A stretch of 63,982 bases of DNA, the filler included, from Stramenopiles sp. TOSAG23-3 (taxonomy: Eukaryota): the NCBI GenBank assembly GCA_900128585.1. It is 4 parts of 4 records of this genome, joined end to end, with 100 filler letters (N's around TTAATTAATTAA, not from the genome) between each part and the next. Parts side by side here need not be neighbours in the genome. Positions count along the whole stretch, not along the records: positions 1 to 16,011 come from LT642503.1; 3 more parts are not named here. One strand, 5' to 3'. The notes under the pieces were generated by a model, which did not search any database, was not told where the DNA came from, and saw only the letters and a list, made by a program, of their open reading frames with translations. Positions 1-9,875 of the stretch are shown piece after piece. The position numbers and the translations under genes are program-made. Within the stretch, counting starts at the first letter, position 1. Every line of letters starts with the position of its first letter.

Positions 1-939
1 TAAAAATTTATTATAGTAAACCGATTTAATATACGTACGTTGTATATTATTGTATCAATTACCAACTGATTCCAAACTGAGGAGATAAGTGAATGAATGA
101 CATCGTTCTCCTCTACTATTAAGGTATATTATATTTTAAAACATCAAATAAGAAATTATTATTTATCATTTCAGTAATCTAATATAGACTATATATAATT
201 TAAATAATATTGTATTATTTCTTATAATTGAAACTTCCACCCTTAATTTAAATTCCAAACGGACGATTCGAAAAATGGCGGGGCACACATTTTGGCAACA
301 CTCCATACTACTTCTATATATATCCATTAATAGAAGACTAACAAAATGAAAAAAACTGGATCTGTTTCTATTTTTATAAAATATCTGGTAGGATTATAAT
401 AGGCAACAAGGAATATAGAATAGAGAAATATTAATACTTATGCTGTGTATATGTTCGATATTATACTAGACGACTAATAATAAGAACGGCCCTTTTTCCC
501 AATATTAGGGTTAATATTAGGTTATTAAAATTTGTGGTGAAAAAATATATTGTCAATTTGGGTTACCTGTTAATTTATGTGTTGTTGTGGTTGTTTTTAC
601 CCTCTTCTTTTGGTTGTTTGTAGCCCGCCATCTTTTTAATTTTCCATATTTTATTATTTTATTGATTTTATTGGATGCTCTTCACTTGTTGTTTGTTGGT
701 CACTTCTTCTCGTTTTTTTTTGTGTGAGATTACTGGTACGGTAAGCAAATAGCAGGAAGAGCGCCCGCCTCCACCCTTTCTTCTTCTTCCCGCTTTTACC
801 ACACATTGAAATGTGTCTATTCTTCAGGAAAAATGGGATTGAATATTTAAAGAAACAATTTGAAGTTTGTCGTTTTTTATTTATTCGCATAAGTTTTTAT
901 ATATTCCGTTCTTCGTTTAACATTCCCCCAGGCTTCAAA

Positions 940-2526
940 ATGAGCAGCGCAAGTGAACGGCGGTTGAAACTTCTGCTGCAGCACTTGGGACGTAACCCTT
1001 CCTCCGCGACCGTAGACGATAGAGCATGGACCGAGGCTTCAACGGACTTTTCTAGTGGTCCGTTTACACCAGTTCTTTCGGAATCAAACGACATGGTTTG
1101 CCATGTTGAAGGAAAAATTCCTTCGGACTTGTGCGGAATATACATGAAGAATGGGCCGAACCCTCAGTTCCCACCAAAGAAAGACGAGCCTTACCATTTT
1201 TTTGACGGCGACGGAATGATCGTTTCTTTTCAGTTTTTCCCCGAAGAGAACAAGTGTGTATTCAACCACAAGTATGTTCACACGGAGAGGTTTTTGTCCG
1301 ACCAGAAGAACAAAAAGAGCGCGTACGAGTTTGGCAGCATGGCGGTAGGAAAGCTACCAGACTACAGTTTAGTCGTCAACGAACAAGGCATACGGATGGG
1401 CAAGGCAAACACTGCCCTCCTTTACCACCAAAACAAATTGTACGCCCTTGAGGACGCCGATTTGCCTTACCAACTGGAGGTCGGCTCGTTGAAAACTATT
1501 GGACGGACTGACTTTAACGGGACCTGGAAACACAATATATTTACTGCGCACCCAAAGTTGGACCCCGAAACGGGGGAATTGATTGGGTATGGCTGCGCGT
1601 ATGGTGCCTCACCCGTGTGCAAATGGGAGTATTCGGTCATTTCGCCGCAAACCGGAACCTGCGTGCGTAACTTCCCCATCCACTTAAGAAACACAAGCTA
1701 CAACCACGACTTTGCTGCAACAAAGAATTATTCAATCTGCTATGACGGGAACTTGGTATTGAACTTTGACGCGTTTGGTCAACCAGGAAAAGACATGTGG
1801 GAATTCAGACGAGACATCCCTGGACGGATCGGGGTTTTCCCTCGCTACGCCACAGACGAAAGCAGCGTTAAGTGGTTCGAGGTCCCACCCTACTGCGTGT
1901 CCCACACTGCCAATGCGTACGAAGAAGGCAACGAAGTCGTTATCGTTGCAAACTGTATTGGATTTGAAAGTTTTAAGCCCAAATTTCCGAGGGAGACGCC
2001 GACCGATCCAGATGCTAAGTTGCGAGAGTGGAGGTTGAACCTGCAGACCGGAGAGGTCAAGGAGCAGTCTCTGCGTTGGACTCGATCCGATTTTCCAGTG
2101 ATAAATCCTAAATTCGCGGGGAAAAGGTTTAGGTATCTTTATGCCCAACTGATCGATTACGAAGAGCCCAATCACGCCCCGTATTTGTACGGCACGTACA
2201 AGTACGATCTAGTCACGCGCACGCACAAAGAAATCATTTGGGGTGGAGGGAAGAAAGGTAGAAAAGGGAGGGCGAAGTTCATGGGTTGCGAAGCGTTTTT
2301 CGTGGCAAAAAAAAATTCTCAGCGTGAAGACGATGGCTATTTGATTGTTATTGTGAATAATATGGACAAAAAACAAACCGAGCTTAGGGTGTACGACGCG
2401 TCGACGTTTGGAAACTCCATGAGGGACGATCCTCTGGTTAGAGTAGTCTGTCCCCGTCGACTAATGCCACTCGGAACGCATGGTCTGTGGTTGTCTGAAG
2501 AAGACGTGTTAAACGCCAAGCAATGA
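940..2526 (+). CDS. Carotenoid cleavage oxygenase (RPE65/CCD family) with N-terminal PTS2-like nonapeptide
   Basis: Motifs YMKNGPNP, HFFDGDGM, ANT, FTAHPKLDPETGEL, HDFA, SHTANAYEE, DFPVINP, E-x-F-V...EDDGYL, PLGTHGLW (four Fe-binding His). Likely start is ATG 940 (MSSASERRLKLLLQHL); the ORF is open from 811. Confidence 0.93.
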   Translation: MSSASERRLKLLLQHLGRNPSSATVDDRAWTEASTDFSSGPFTPVLSESNDMVCHVEGKIPSDLCGIYMKNGPNPQFPPKKDEPYHFFDGDGMIVSFQFFPEENKCVFNHKYVHTERFLSDQKNKKSAYEFGSMAVGKLPDYSLVVNEQGIRMGKANTALLYHQNKLYALEDADLPYQLEVGSLKTIGRTDFNGTWKHNIFTAHPKLDPETGELIGYGCAYGASPVCKWEYSVISPQTGTCVRNFPIHLRNTSYNHDFAATKNYSICYDGNLVLNFDAFGQPGKDMWEFRRDIPGRIGVFPRYATDESSVKWFEVPPYCVSHTANAYEEGNEVVIVANCIGFESFKPKFPRETPTDPDAKLREWRLNLQTGEVKEQSLRWTRSDFPVINPKFAGKRFRYLYAQLIDYEEPNHAPYLYGTYKYDLVTRTHKEIIWGGGKKGRKGRAKFMGCEAFFVAKKNSQREDDGYLIVIVNNMDKKQTELRVYDASTFGNSMRDDPLVRVVCPRRLMPLGTHGLWLSEEDVLNAKQ

Positions 2527-2559
2527 AGTCGACAGGGCGAAATAAATTAAAAACAAATA

Positions 2560-2828
2560 TTATAAAAAAACAAATTATATAGTATGTTTTAAGACTCTCA
2601 AAAAAGAAAAGAAAAAAGAAGGTAAAACCGTTCAAGACTAAACTCCTCCTTGAAATAAATTAACAAGTCGTGCGACACCAATAAATGAATAATAACTCTC
2701 GTAGCTCGTAGGTAAAAAAGAAAAACCTAATTCAGTTTATCTAAATTATCCTAGAATGTCCAAATCTAGATTTCAGTTCGCAGTACATTAATTTTAATTA
2801 CTTAAATAACAGCCAATTTTCTTGTTTT
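2560..2828. repeat. Dispersed modular AT-rich repeat, copy 1 (module A 2560-2602, module B 2751-2828)
   Basis: Module A TTATAAAAAAACAAATTATATAGTATGTTTTAAGACTCTCAAA recurs at 63749-63790. Module B (CTAGAATGTCCAAATCTAGA..TTCGCAGTACATTAATTTTAATTACTTAAATAACAGCCAATTTTCTTGTTTT) recurs inverted at 63501-63574 and partially at 31938-31980. Confidence 0.85.
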
Positions 2829-3078
2829 AAAGAACATTTAAAGAATTAAAACCATGTTAAAAAGTTCTCTATTACTCGTATTCCCTTTTGGGACTTGGGA
2901 AATTTTCCCATGTTTGACTCGTTGTGGCAAACTTGACGTCACTCTCCCCTCTCTTTCTCTATTTTAAATCCAGGGTAATATACACACACGCTCCACCTCT
3001 TCTTGCAGTTCTTAGAAAAATGAAATATAAACAAGAATCTGAGTACAGAATGAACTGCCCGGTCCCGTTCTAAGCGCG

Positions 3079-3714
3079 CTACAAGGCTATTCTAGATCGG
3101 CGGCCCCCTCGGCCTCGTTTTGGGCGATATACAGGACGGGATTTAGCCTCTTTCCCATTCGTATCGCCGGACTTCAAATCTGACGACGATTTCGGCTTTT
3201 TTTTCTTTTTATTTACAGTACGTTTCCCCCTCCCATTTCGTCTACCTCCACTCTTTCCAAAAACAATGTCGTTAAATTCAACCGGATACTCATGGCTTGC
3301 CACTAGGTGTTTGCCCCTGTCTTTATGACTATGAAATACCCCAGTGCACCCCTTAACAAGACAAGAGAACATAGGGGATCGCAAAGACTGGGCGTAAAAG
3401 AATGAGTCATGAACTTCCTTTAAATGCAAATCTAATAAAAATGGGCTAGGCAGAGAAGCACCGCACACTGCACAGGCGTGCCTGTGTGACGCTTCATAAT
3501 GCGCAGCATACTTCACAACGCACGTAAAGTGAGACCTGCAGCCGTCCGCCCCACAAGGAAATTTCTTTACACGTTTTGTTCGGGAATTCAGCCTCCCCAG
3601 GATTGTTTTGTGAAACGCCAACGCGCTGCTCTTCGAACTCATTGCGCAGAGCTCGTTTGCTTCTTGAAAAAATACATGGTCTTCGTCATAACGATTAAGC
3701 ACCGGGAAATACAT
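3079..3714 (-). CDS. C2H2 zinc-finger protein, ZNF511-like
   Basis: Three C2H2 fingers (CGADGC..HYEASH; CAVC..HLKEVH; CLVKGC..HLVASH), the HDSFF motif and a basic C-tail. First ATG in frame is 3714. Confidence 0.8.
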   Translation of the reverse strand: MYFPVLNRYDEDHVFFQEANELCAMSSKSSALAFHKTILGRLNSRTKRVKKFPCGADGCRSHFTCVVKYAAHYEASHRHACAVCGASLPSPFLLDLHLKEVHDSFFYAQSLRSPMFSCLVKGCTGVFHSHKDRGKHLVASHEYPVEFNDIVFGKSGGRRNGRGKRTVNKKKKKPKSSSDLKSGDTNGKEAKSRPVYRPKRGRGGRRSRIAL

Positions 3715-4238
3715 TACAGGTTTGCAGTTAACTTTCAAGAGCAAGACTTTCCAATACCAATCTTATTTCCCTCCCCAAAGTTTCTTCCGCGTGGCAGAAA
3801 TACTTGTAAAACCAATTAGTTCGTGTATATTTTCATAGTTGCAATGATGAAACAAACTGTATCAAACGTTGAACCAAAGAATTGGCAATTGTTCTTAGTT
3901 GTTGGACTACTATACAGAGATATATTACTACTCGTACACAACAAATATTTTCAAAAAAAGTTAGTAAATATTCGTCTAATTTTTTTTATAAGGAGAGCGA
4001 GGAGGAGGAGAGGAAAAAAAAGACGAGTAAAAAAATCATCAGACGACTTTAAAAAAATAAAATCAATTTAACAGGTACACAGTATTACTAAATATTTATA
4101 AAAAATAATAATAAAAAATAGTCGCGTCTAACCTCCTCCTCTATGAACTAATAATAATAATTCGAAAAATTTTTATTATTTGTTTTTGTTTGGTTGAAGT
4201 TACAACAACCAAAAAAGAAGAAGAATCACAGACAAAGG

Positions 4239-6053
4239 CTATGCAATAACAAGATCAGTCCATTCTTCCGGCCCCAACAAAATGGTTGTTCTCAAATCTT
4301 CTTCGTTTCGAATGCTTTTTTGAAGATTTATAATTTCTCGCGCCTTTTGCAATTGTTCCGGTGCATTCCAAAGCAATACTCCTACCACCGTATTGTCTCT
4401 AATGTAGTAGACAACACCACGCTGAAAGTCACTTTCCAGGGTACGTGGTAAGACCTCGTTCGTTTCTTCATCTCTATTTGCTAACCAAACACCAACCGTT
4501 TGCAAATTGGAATCAATGATACCAACGCCTTCGCATTGGACCCCAAGCCCCCGCAGCTCACTTTTGAACACAGGTTGGTGCCGGTAGAAAGATTGCTGCT
4601 TATTATTCGGCATTCTTCCCATAGCCATATTTTGCCCGGCAAGGAGCCCACTATTGACTGCGTGGTCGTAACGGTCCACCCTTCGCCGACCTACAGCGGG
4701 ATCGTAGTACGAGGCTAAGTTTCCCGCAACGTAAAGACCATTGCTAGCTTCGAATGCCCCATTCACAACGATACCCCCGTGCTTAGAATCGATCTCAAGC
4801 CCACTTTCTTCGCCCACCCGCGTATTTGGCGTTATGTGCGTCGATGCCAGCACCACATAGTCAGTCTCCAAATTCTCGGTTTCATACCCGCTAATTTGAA
4901 CGGAGACGGAGCGGCCGGAGGCTTCCGCTTCTGGCTCCCCGGCCTTTGCGCTGGGAGCCACCGGTTTTGAAAGTCCAGTGACGAGGCGGTCGGTCACAAC
5001 ATTTACCCCAGCGAGGGACATCTTTTTGGTCACGTACTTACTCAAGTATTTTGGCAAATATCGCTGCAAAACGCCACTTTCAACCATGACATGAGAAACT
5101 TTCGTGTGGTCTTTGGCGTGGTCGGCAATGCTGCAAGCAAGCTCGGTCCCCATGAACCCACCTCCAATGACTGTCAAATGTTCTACTTCCTCATTTTTTA
5201 GGGCAACGTCGAGCTCTATGAAATTTTGCAACTTCGTAAGTGTATTGATTTTGTTCCGCAGCGAAAAAGGAATCTGGTTGCTGTCTAGGACATAAAATTC
5301 TCGGGGTTCTCCGGCACTGGCCAACAGACATTTGTCATAGCTAACCGTGGTTCCATCGTGAAGGTGGACGGTTCGAGATTCTGCATCGATTCGCAGCCGT
5401 CGCCGGCCCAACAACAACGTGATCGGTCTTGCACTGTACGCATCCGGCTCATTCTCCAACCTGGAGCTAATGTGACGACGGTACTCATTATAAACAGAAA
5501 GCAGCGACCCGCATTCAAAGAATTCGGATTCATCGTCAACGTCTGCTCGTGGCAAACTTGGCTCCTCGCTTATAATCAATACGTCCGCCTCGGGATGTAT
5601 CTGGCGCACCGCTTCAATTGCGGCGTATGACGTTGTGCCCCCTCCAATGATGACGTAAGAATAGTGCCGCTTCTGCTTTCGTTGGCTGTTTCGCCTTGCT
5701 AGTTTTCTGCGTGATATTGGTTTTCGGGGTGATGGAGGGGGAACAGTGGAAAGTGCTTGGTCTGCCTTTGGCTGGGCCGGCACGCTTTGGTCTTCCGCAG
5801 CTGCACCAGAGCTATACGAGGTAGCGGCAAAGGCCACGCTTGCGACACCCAAAACACCCTTCCACGAAATTTCACCGTTGGGTTTTTTCTGTTGGCCCGC
5901 ACAAATGCCCGCACATAAGGCGTTACGCCCAAAACGAGAGGAGGTGGAGAGCCCCTGACTCACTTTGATGCCCCGCACGCCTGCACGCTTCACTGCACGG
6001 TTGCCCCCCCTCCATGCCAAAGTACTCGACTTTAAAGCAAAATGTCTCAACAT
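4239..6053 (-). CDS. AIFM1: Mitochondrial apoptosis-inducing factor-like FAD/NAD oxidoreductase
   Basis: Basic N-terminal presequence, IIGGGT FAD motif, VIGGGFMGTELA NAD motif, GRRRV..DHAV.SG.LAG.NM, and AIF C-domain GVVYYIRDNTVVGVLLWN. Confidence 0.85.
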   Translation of the reverse strand: MLRHFALKSSTLAWRGGNRAVKRAGVRGIKVSQGLSTSSRFGRNALCAGICAGQQKKPNGEISWKGVLGVASVAFAATSYSSGAAAEDQSVPAQPKADQALSTVPPPSPRKPISRRKLARRNSQRKQKRHYSYVIIGGGTTSYAAIEAVRQIHPEADVLIISEEPSLPRADVDDESEFFECGSLLSVYNEYRRHISSRLENEPDAYSARPITLLLGRRRLRIDAESRTVHLHDGTTVSYDKCLLASAGEPREFYVLDSNQIPFSLRNKINTLTKLQNFIELDVALKNEEVEHLTVIGGGFMGTELACSIADHAKDHTKVSHVMVESGVLQRYLPKYLSKYVTKKMSLAGVNVVTDRLVTGLSKPVAPSAKAGEPEAEASGRSVSVQISGYETENLETDYVVLASTHITPNTRVGEESGLEIDSKHGGIVVNGAFEASNGLYVAGNLASYYDPAVGRRRVDRYDHAVNSGLLAGQNMAMGRMPNNKQQSFYRHQPVFKSELRGLGVQCEGVGIIDSNLQTVGVWLANRDEETNEVLPRTLESDFQRGVVYYIRDNTVVGVLLWNAPEQLQKAREIINLQKSIRNEEDLRTTILLGPEEWTDLVIA

Positions 6054-6747
6054 CCTTTTTTTGTCAAATATGCTTTAAACTCTGCCAAAAGATGTGTTCT
6101 TGGAACTTGAAATTAAAAATAATTTTTGAGGCTGTCTTCTAGAGTCGATTGGACGTTTATATTTTATTGTGCGGAGCGCAACGCTGCGGCGAGGCGAGGC
6201 GAGCCCATATTGAATATCTTTTTGGGACGTCGGCGACTTCACTTCCCCCCGCCGTCGGTGTGGTGGTGGTGTCCTCGAGATTCTCCAACAACATATTGGT
6301 GCTGTGTTTATATAATAATATTTAAATATTTTGTCTGTCCTTCTGTATGTTATTGGCTGTATTTCTATTCTAATTATTAGTAGGTCTATTTATTGCGGCG
6401 TTACATAAAAACAGCAACTGCTGCTGCAGCATGCAAGAAAAGAAGGGGGCGGCAACATAGCTATTGTTGAGGTTCGATATAATAATACAATAAATAACAA
6501 CGTCCACGATGAAAAAAAAAATAATAATTCTTTGAACTTTTTTCTTCAATAAAATTACTACCCTGTTTCTTCTTCCAAGCACAGCGGAGATTCCTTAAAC
6601 AGGAAAACTTTGTATGCAGTATCTGACACCTTTCATTCAAAAGGTTCTGACTGAATGAACTAAAATCTGAGCGTTTAAGCGAGTGTGCATTCGTTCTCCC
6701 TTTTTTGTGTTGTATTTGCAAAGTAGCCGCTCCCTGAACTCCAGTTC

Positions 6748-9669
6748 ATGTGGCGTCGATGCGTATCTCAAGTTTTTGTAGCGTTGGCAGTTATCAGCTT
6801 GGGCGACACTACAACATGGGCGTGCCGCGAGTACGTGACTTGCAATGACTGCATCCACCGACCAAGTTGTTCTTGGTGTATGAAGCAAGACAAATGTCTT
6901 TCTAATGTAGATATAGCGACGATGAGAGAGCTGTGTCACCTGCCTGTTTTTTCCCCTTCGGCACGCGTAGCTGCAAACCAGTACACCATGAGCTGCAACG
7001 GGACGAGGAAGCTATTGCCCACGACATACAATAATTCCGGCATTGTGGACATAGTAAGCCCTCAGGCATGGTCCGCCTCGTCCGCTACAATTGTACCAAA
7101 ATTTGCTTTGAACATAAACCCGGATTTAGCAAGTTTCTCCGTGAATTTGTCATTCTGTTACAACGTTTTGGGAGCGCACCTGGGGGAGCCGACAGTTGTA
7201 ACGCAACGGTGCGCAGAATTTCATACGCTGGCTTCTAAAGAACATTTTCTTCCGATAAAACTGCCTTACATTGGCGCGTACCTTGTCACAGCTTGGATTC
7301 AAAGCTCAAACACCAAAGAGCGTCTTACAAAACCCGAAATTTCAGCTTTCAGCCGTTGGCCTGCACGGATGCTAGAATCTATGGTTATATTTTCAACCCA
7401 CAACAAAACATACTTGTACCCGGAGGGGTGGCTCCTCATGCCCTCGTTGCGGTTGGTAAACAGCAAAACGAGCGCTTCCACAGCTTTTTTGCCAAAGTAC
7501 GTTCAAGGACCAAAATTTATTCCTAAAATTATTCACCAAATATGGACGGGTGGCGAAGCAGAGCTGAAACACTTCGAAACGGAATTAAGCCCAGAGGACA
7601 AAAGACAACACTTTTTCAAGTGGACGAACACGTGGAAACAAAATCATCCAGACTGGACCTACTATTTATGGGATTTGTGGAATATGCGCCATTTTGTATT
7701 GCTGCATTATCCTGTATTCATCTCGACATATGACGCGCTTAGCACTGATATTAAACGGACAGATTTTTTTCGGATTTTGGTATTATTTCATATGGGAGGG
7801 GTTTATATAGACATAGACTTTGAATCTCTCCATAGAATGGACGATATATTTTTTGGCAATAACACCTCCAAAAGCCATGACTTGTATTTAGCGGAGCACG
7901 TTCATAATTATCATAAATTCGAAGTCCCAAACGCTTGGATGGCTTCCATCCCTTCACACCCACTCTGGTGGATGTTTTTGGTAGAAATGAGTAGACGTCA
8001 CAAAATAACACCAAATGGTTATATTACGGACATTACTGGCCCGCACGCATTTTCAGAAACCATAGAAGTGTTCCAGAAGTGGTTTAGTCCCAATATTTTT
8101 ACTTTCAAGCCTTCGGTTTTTTACCCAGTCATCCCTCTTAACAAATCATCTATGGGGCTAGATTTTGCATGCATAAAACGAGACGATTGCATGAGACTTT
8201 ACAGCAAAAGTATCGGGGTCCACCATTATGCAGCTACGTGGATACCATTTAGTGGCACAAAGAAGCATGTTTTCCACGAGCATATGAACCTCGCCTGTCA
8301 GGCTGAAGCAAACGAAGACGAAAGTGCCATGGTGCAAAACCTGCATTTGGCGTACAAAACTTGTAGCTCATCGTGCACTGTTCAGCCATTGAATGTTCCG
8401 ACAAAAGAAAACCCCAATCGAGTGTGCGATTTGGCCAACTCACTAAACGAATTCTCTAGGAAACCAGATAGAAAGTATTTGGAGCAGGTTTTGCTGCCTG
8501 CCATCGCACGAAAGCAACCAAAAACAATTGTAAGCTTTGGAGTTGCTCTTTACGCCCTTGTCATCGAGCATCAGATAAAAAAACATTCGCCTTTGACCAG
8601 GTTCATAACTATAGACTTTAAAAAAAGCGCCGCCGTGTTCGGTAGTACAGAAAAACATGTTGTTGGTGAGGCGCAGGACTTGGGCATGTTTTTAGGAAAT
8701 GAGGAGGCAGACGTTGTTATAATGAATGGTGTATTTGGATGGAGAGACGATGGCAGTCATGTGGACGAAACAAAAAAGGTTATGCAAGCCGTATATAAGG
8801 TCATGAAGACGGATGGTATTTTAATATTGGGACGGAATTACAGACATTACGAGGGATTTGCATTTACTAACATTATTCCAATGTTCGCTCCTTTTCAGAT
8901 CCGTAATGATTTGCCAACTCGTCGATCATTCAGCCGATTTGACAAGCGAATTGACCATTTTTATGACACTCTTGCTAAGCAGCGCTTAATTAACAAAGTA
9001 GGCACAAGGGCGAGCCATGCAGCCAGTGGAACAATTGGCACATTAGACGCATTAAAAGGCAGCTTATGTGACAAGAACCATTTAATGGTGGTCTTGTCAG
9101 GTTTGGACGCAGTCGTCAGGGGTGGAGACTCGATTTTACGTGGTGGGTGTTGGGTGGTCGCGATACTAACACGCATCGATTATAAGGAGCAGGCCGAGAC
9201 ATGGGCTGCTATTGTTCGGCGTGCGGGCGCACGCCTTATCTGGTTCGACCAAAACAATGGATGCGACGAAAGCGTGCCAATATTCCGTAGTAGTAGCGAA
9301 ACAATGGCGAATCTTAAAAATCTGATTCAGGACGTGCCTTGGAGCACTGTTCTTACTCACGGTGCCAACGGAGACAGAGGGGACCCCCGAAAAGTCTGGA
9401 TTCATGATATAGTAAAAAAATTAGCACAGCAAAGCATTTCTGTATTTACTGAAAAACAACAAACGGGCGAATCACAAATCAGAAAGTTTAGTCTTGGTTA
9501 TGGTGGAAACATTGGAAAACAGCATTTTGAAATGCTTTTGGACATGGAGGCTACTCGCTCGAACCCTTGCTCTGAAGAATTTTACCGTGCCCAGAATGAC
9601 AATATCTTGAGGGAGAATCTGTATGGTGGAAATTTCGTTTCATTTGGAGAAACTTCCGCGAGAATTTAA
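6748..9669 (+). CDS. Secretory-pathway multidomain glycosyltransferase (PSI-like Cys domain + GT32 DxD + methyltransferase-like + PIG-L-like tail)
   Basis: Signal/anchor peptide; CNDC..CSWC..C motif; IPKIIHQIW, DFFRILVLFHMGGVYIDIDF, TGP, HHYAATW (GT32/OCH1-SUR1); DVVIMNGVFGW..LILG (SAM-MTase-like); VLTHGANGDRGDP (deacetylase-like, degenerate). Confidence 0.8.
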   Translation: MWRRCVSQVFVALAVISLGDTTTWACREYVTCNDCIHRPSCSWCMKQDKCLSNVDIATMRELCHLPVFSPSARVAANQYTMSCNGTRKLLPTTYNNSGIVDIVSPQAWSASSATIVPKFALNINPDLASFSVNLSFCYNVLGAHLGEPTVVTQRCAEFHTLASKEHFLPIKLPYIGAYLVTAWIQSSNTKERLTKPEISAFSRWPARMLESMVIFSTHNKTYLYPEGWLLMPSLRLVNSKTSASTAFLPKYVQGPKFIPKIIHQIWTGGEAELKHFETELSPEDKRQHFFKWTNTWKQNHPDWTYYLWDLWNMRHFVLLHYPVFISTYDALSTDIKRTDFFRILVLFHMGGVYIDIDFESLHRMDDIFFGNNTSKSHDLYLAEHVHNYHKFEVPNAWMASIPSHPLWWMFLVEMSRRHKITPNGYITDITGPHAFSETIEVFQKWFSPNIFTFKPSVFYPVIPLNKSSMGLDFACIKRDDCMRLYSKSIGVHHYAATWIPFSGTKKHVFHEHMNLACQAEANEDESAMVQNLHLAYKTCSSSCTVQPLNVPTKENPNRVCDLANSLNEFSRKPDRKYLEQVLLPAIARKQPKTIVSFGVALYALVIEHQIKKHSPLTRFITIDFKKSAAVFGSTEKHVVGEAQDLGMFLGNEEADVVIMNGVFGWRDDGSHVDETKKVMQAVYKVMKTDGILILGRNYRHYEGFAFTNIIPMFAPFQIRNDLPTRRSFSRFDKRIDHFYDTLAKQRLINKVGTRASHAASGTIGTLDALKGSLCDKNHLMVVLSGLDAVVRGGDSILRGGCWVVAILTRIDYKEQAETWAAIVRRAGARLIWFDQNNGCDESVPIFRSSSETMANLKNLIQDVPWSTVLTHGANGDRGDPRKVWIHDIVKKLAQQSISVFTEKQQTGESQIRKFSLGYGGNIGKQHFEMLLDMEATRSNPCSEEFYRAQNDNILRENLYGGNFVSFGETSARI

Positions 9670-9875
9670 TGTACGCGGTGCGGTGTGAAAAAAAAAACAA
9701 ATTATTGATATAAGAGAATTTTTACCCTGTTATTTTACTTATTATGTTATAATAAGGTAAAATTAAAATCTCAAAAAAAACCAAAAAAATATAATGCTAT
9801 TCAATATTTATAATAAATGATATACGTAGTATGTGTTTTAATTTACGAGTATCATAACACAAGATTTAACTTCAG

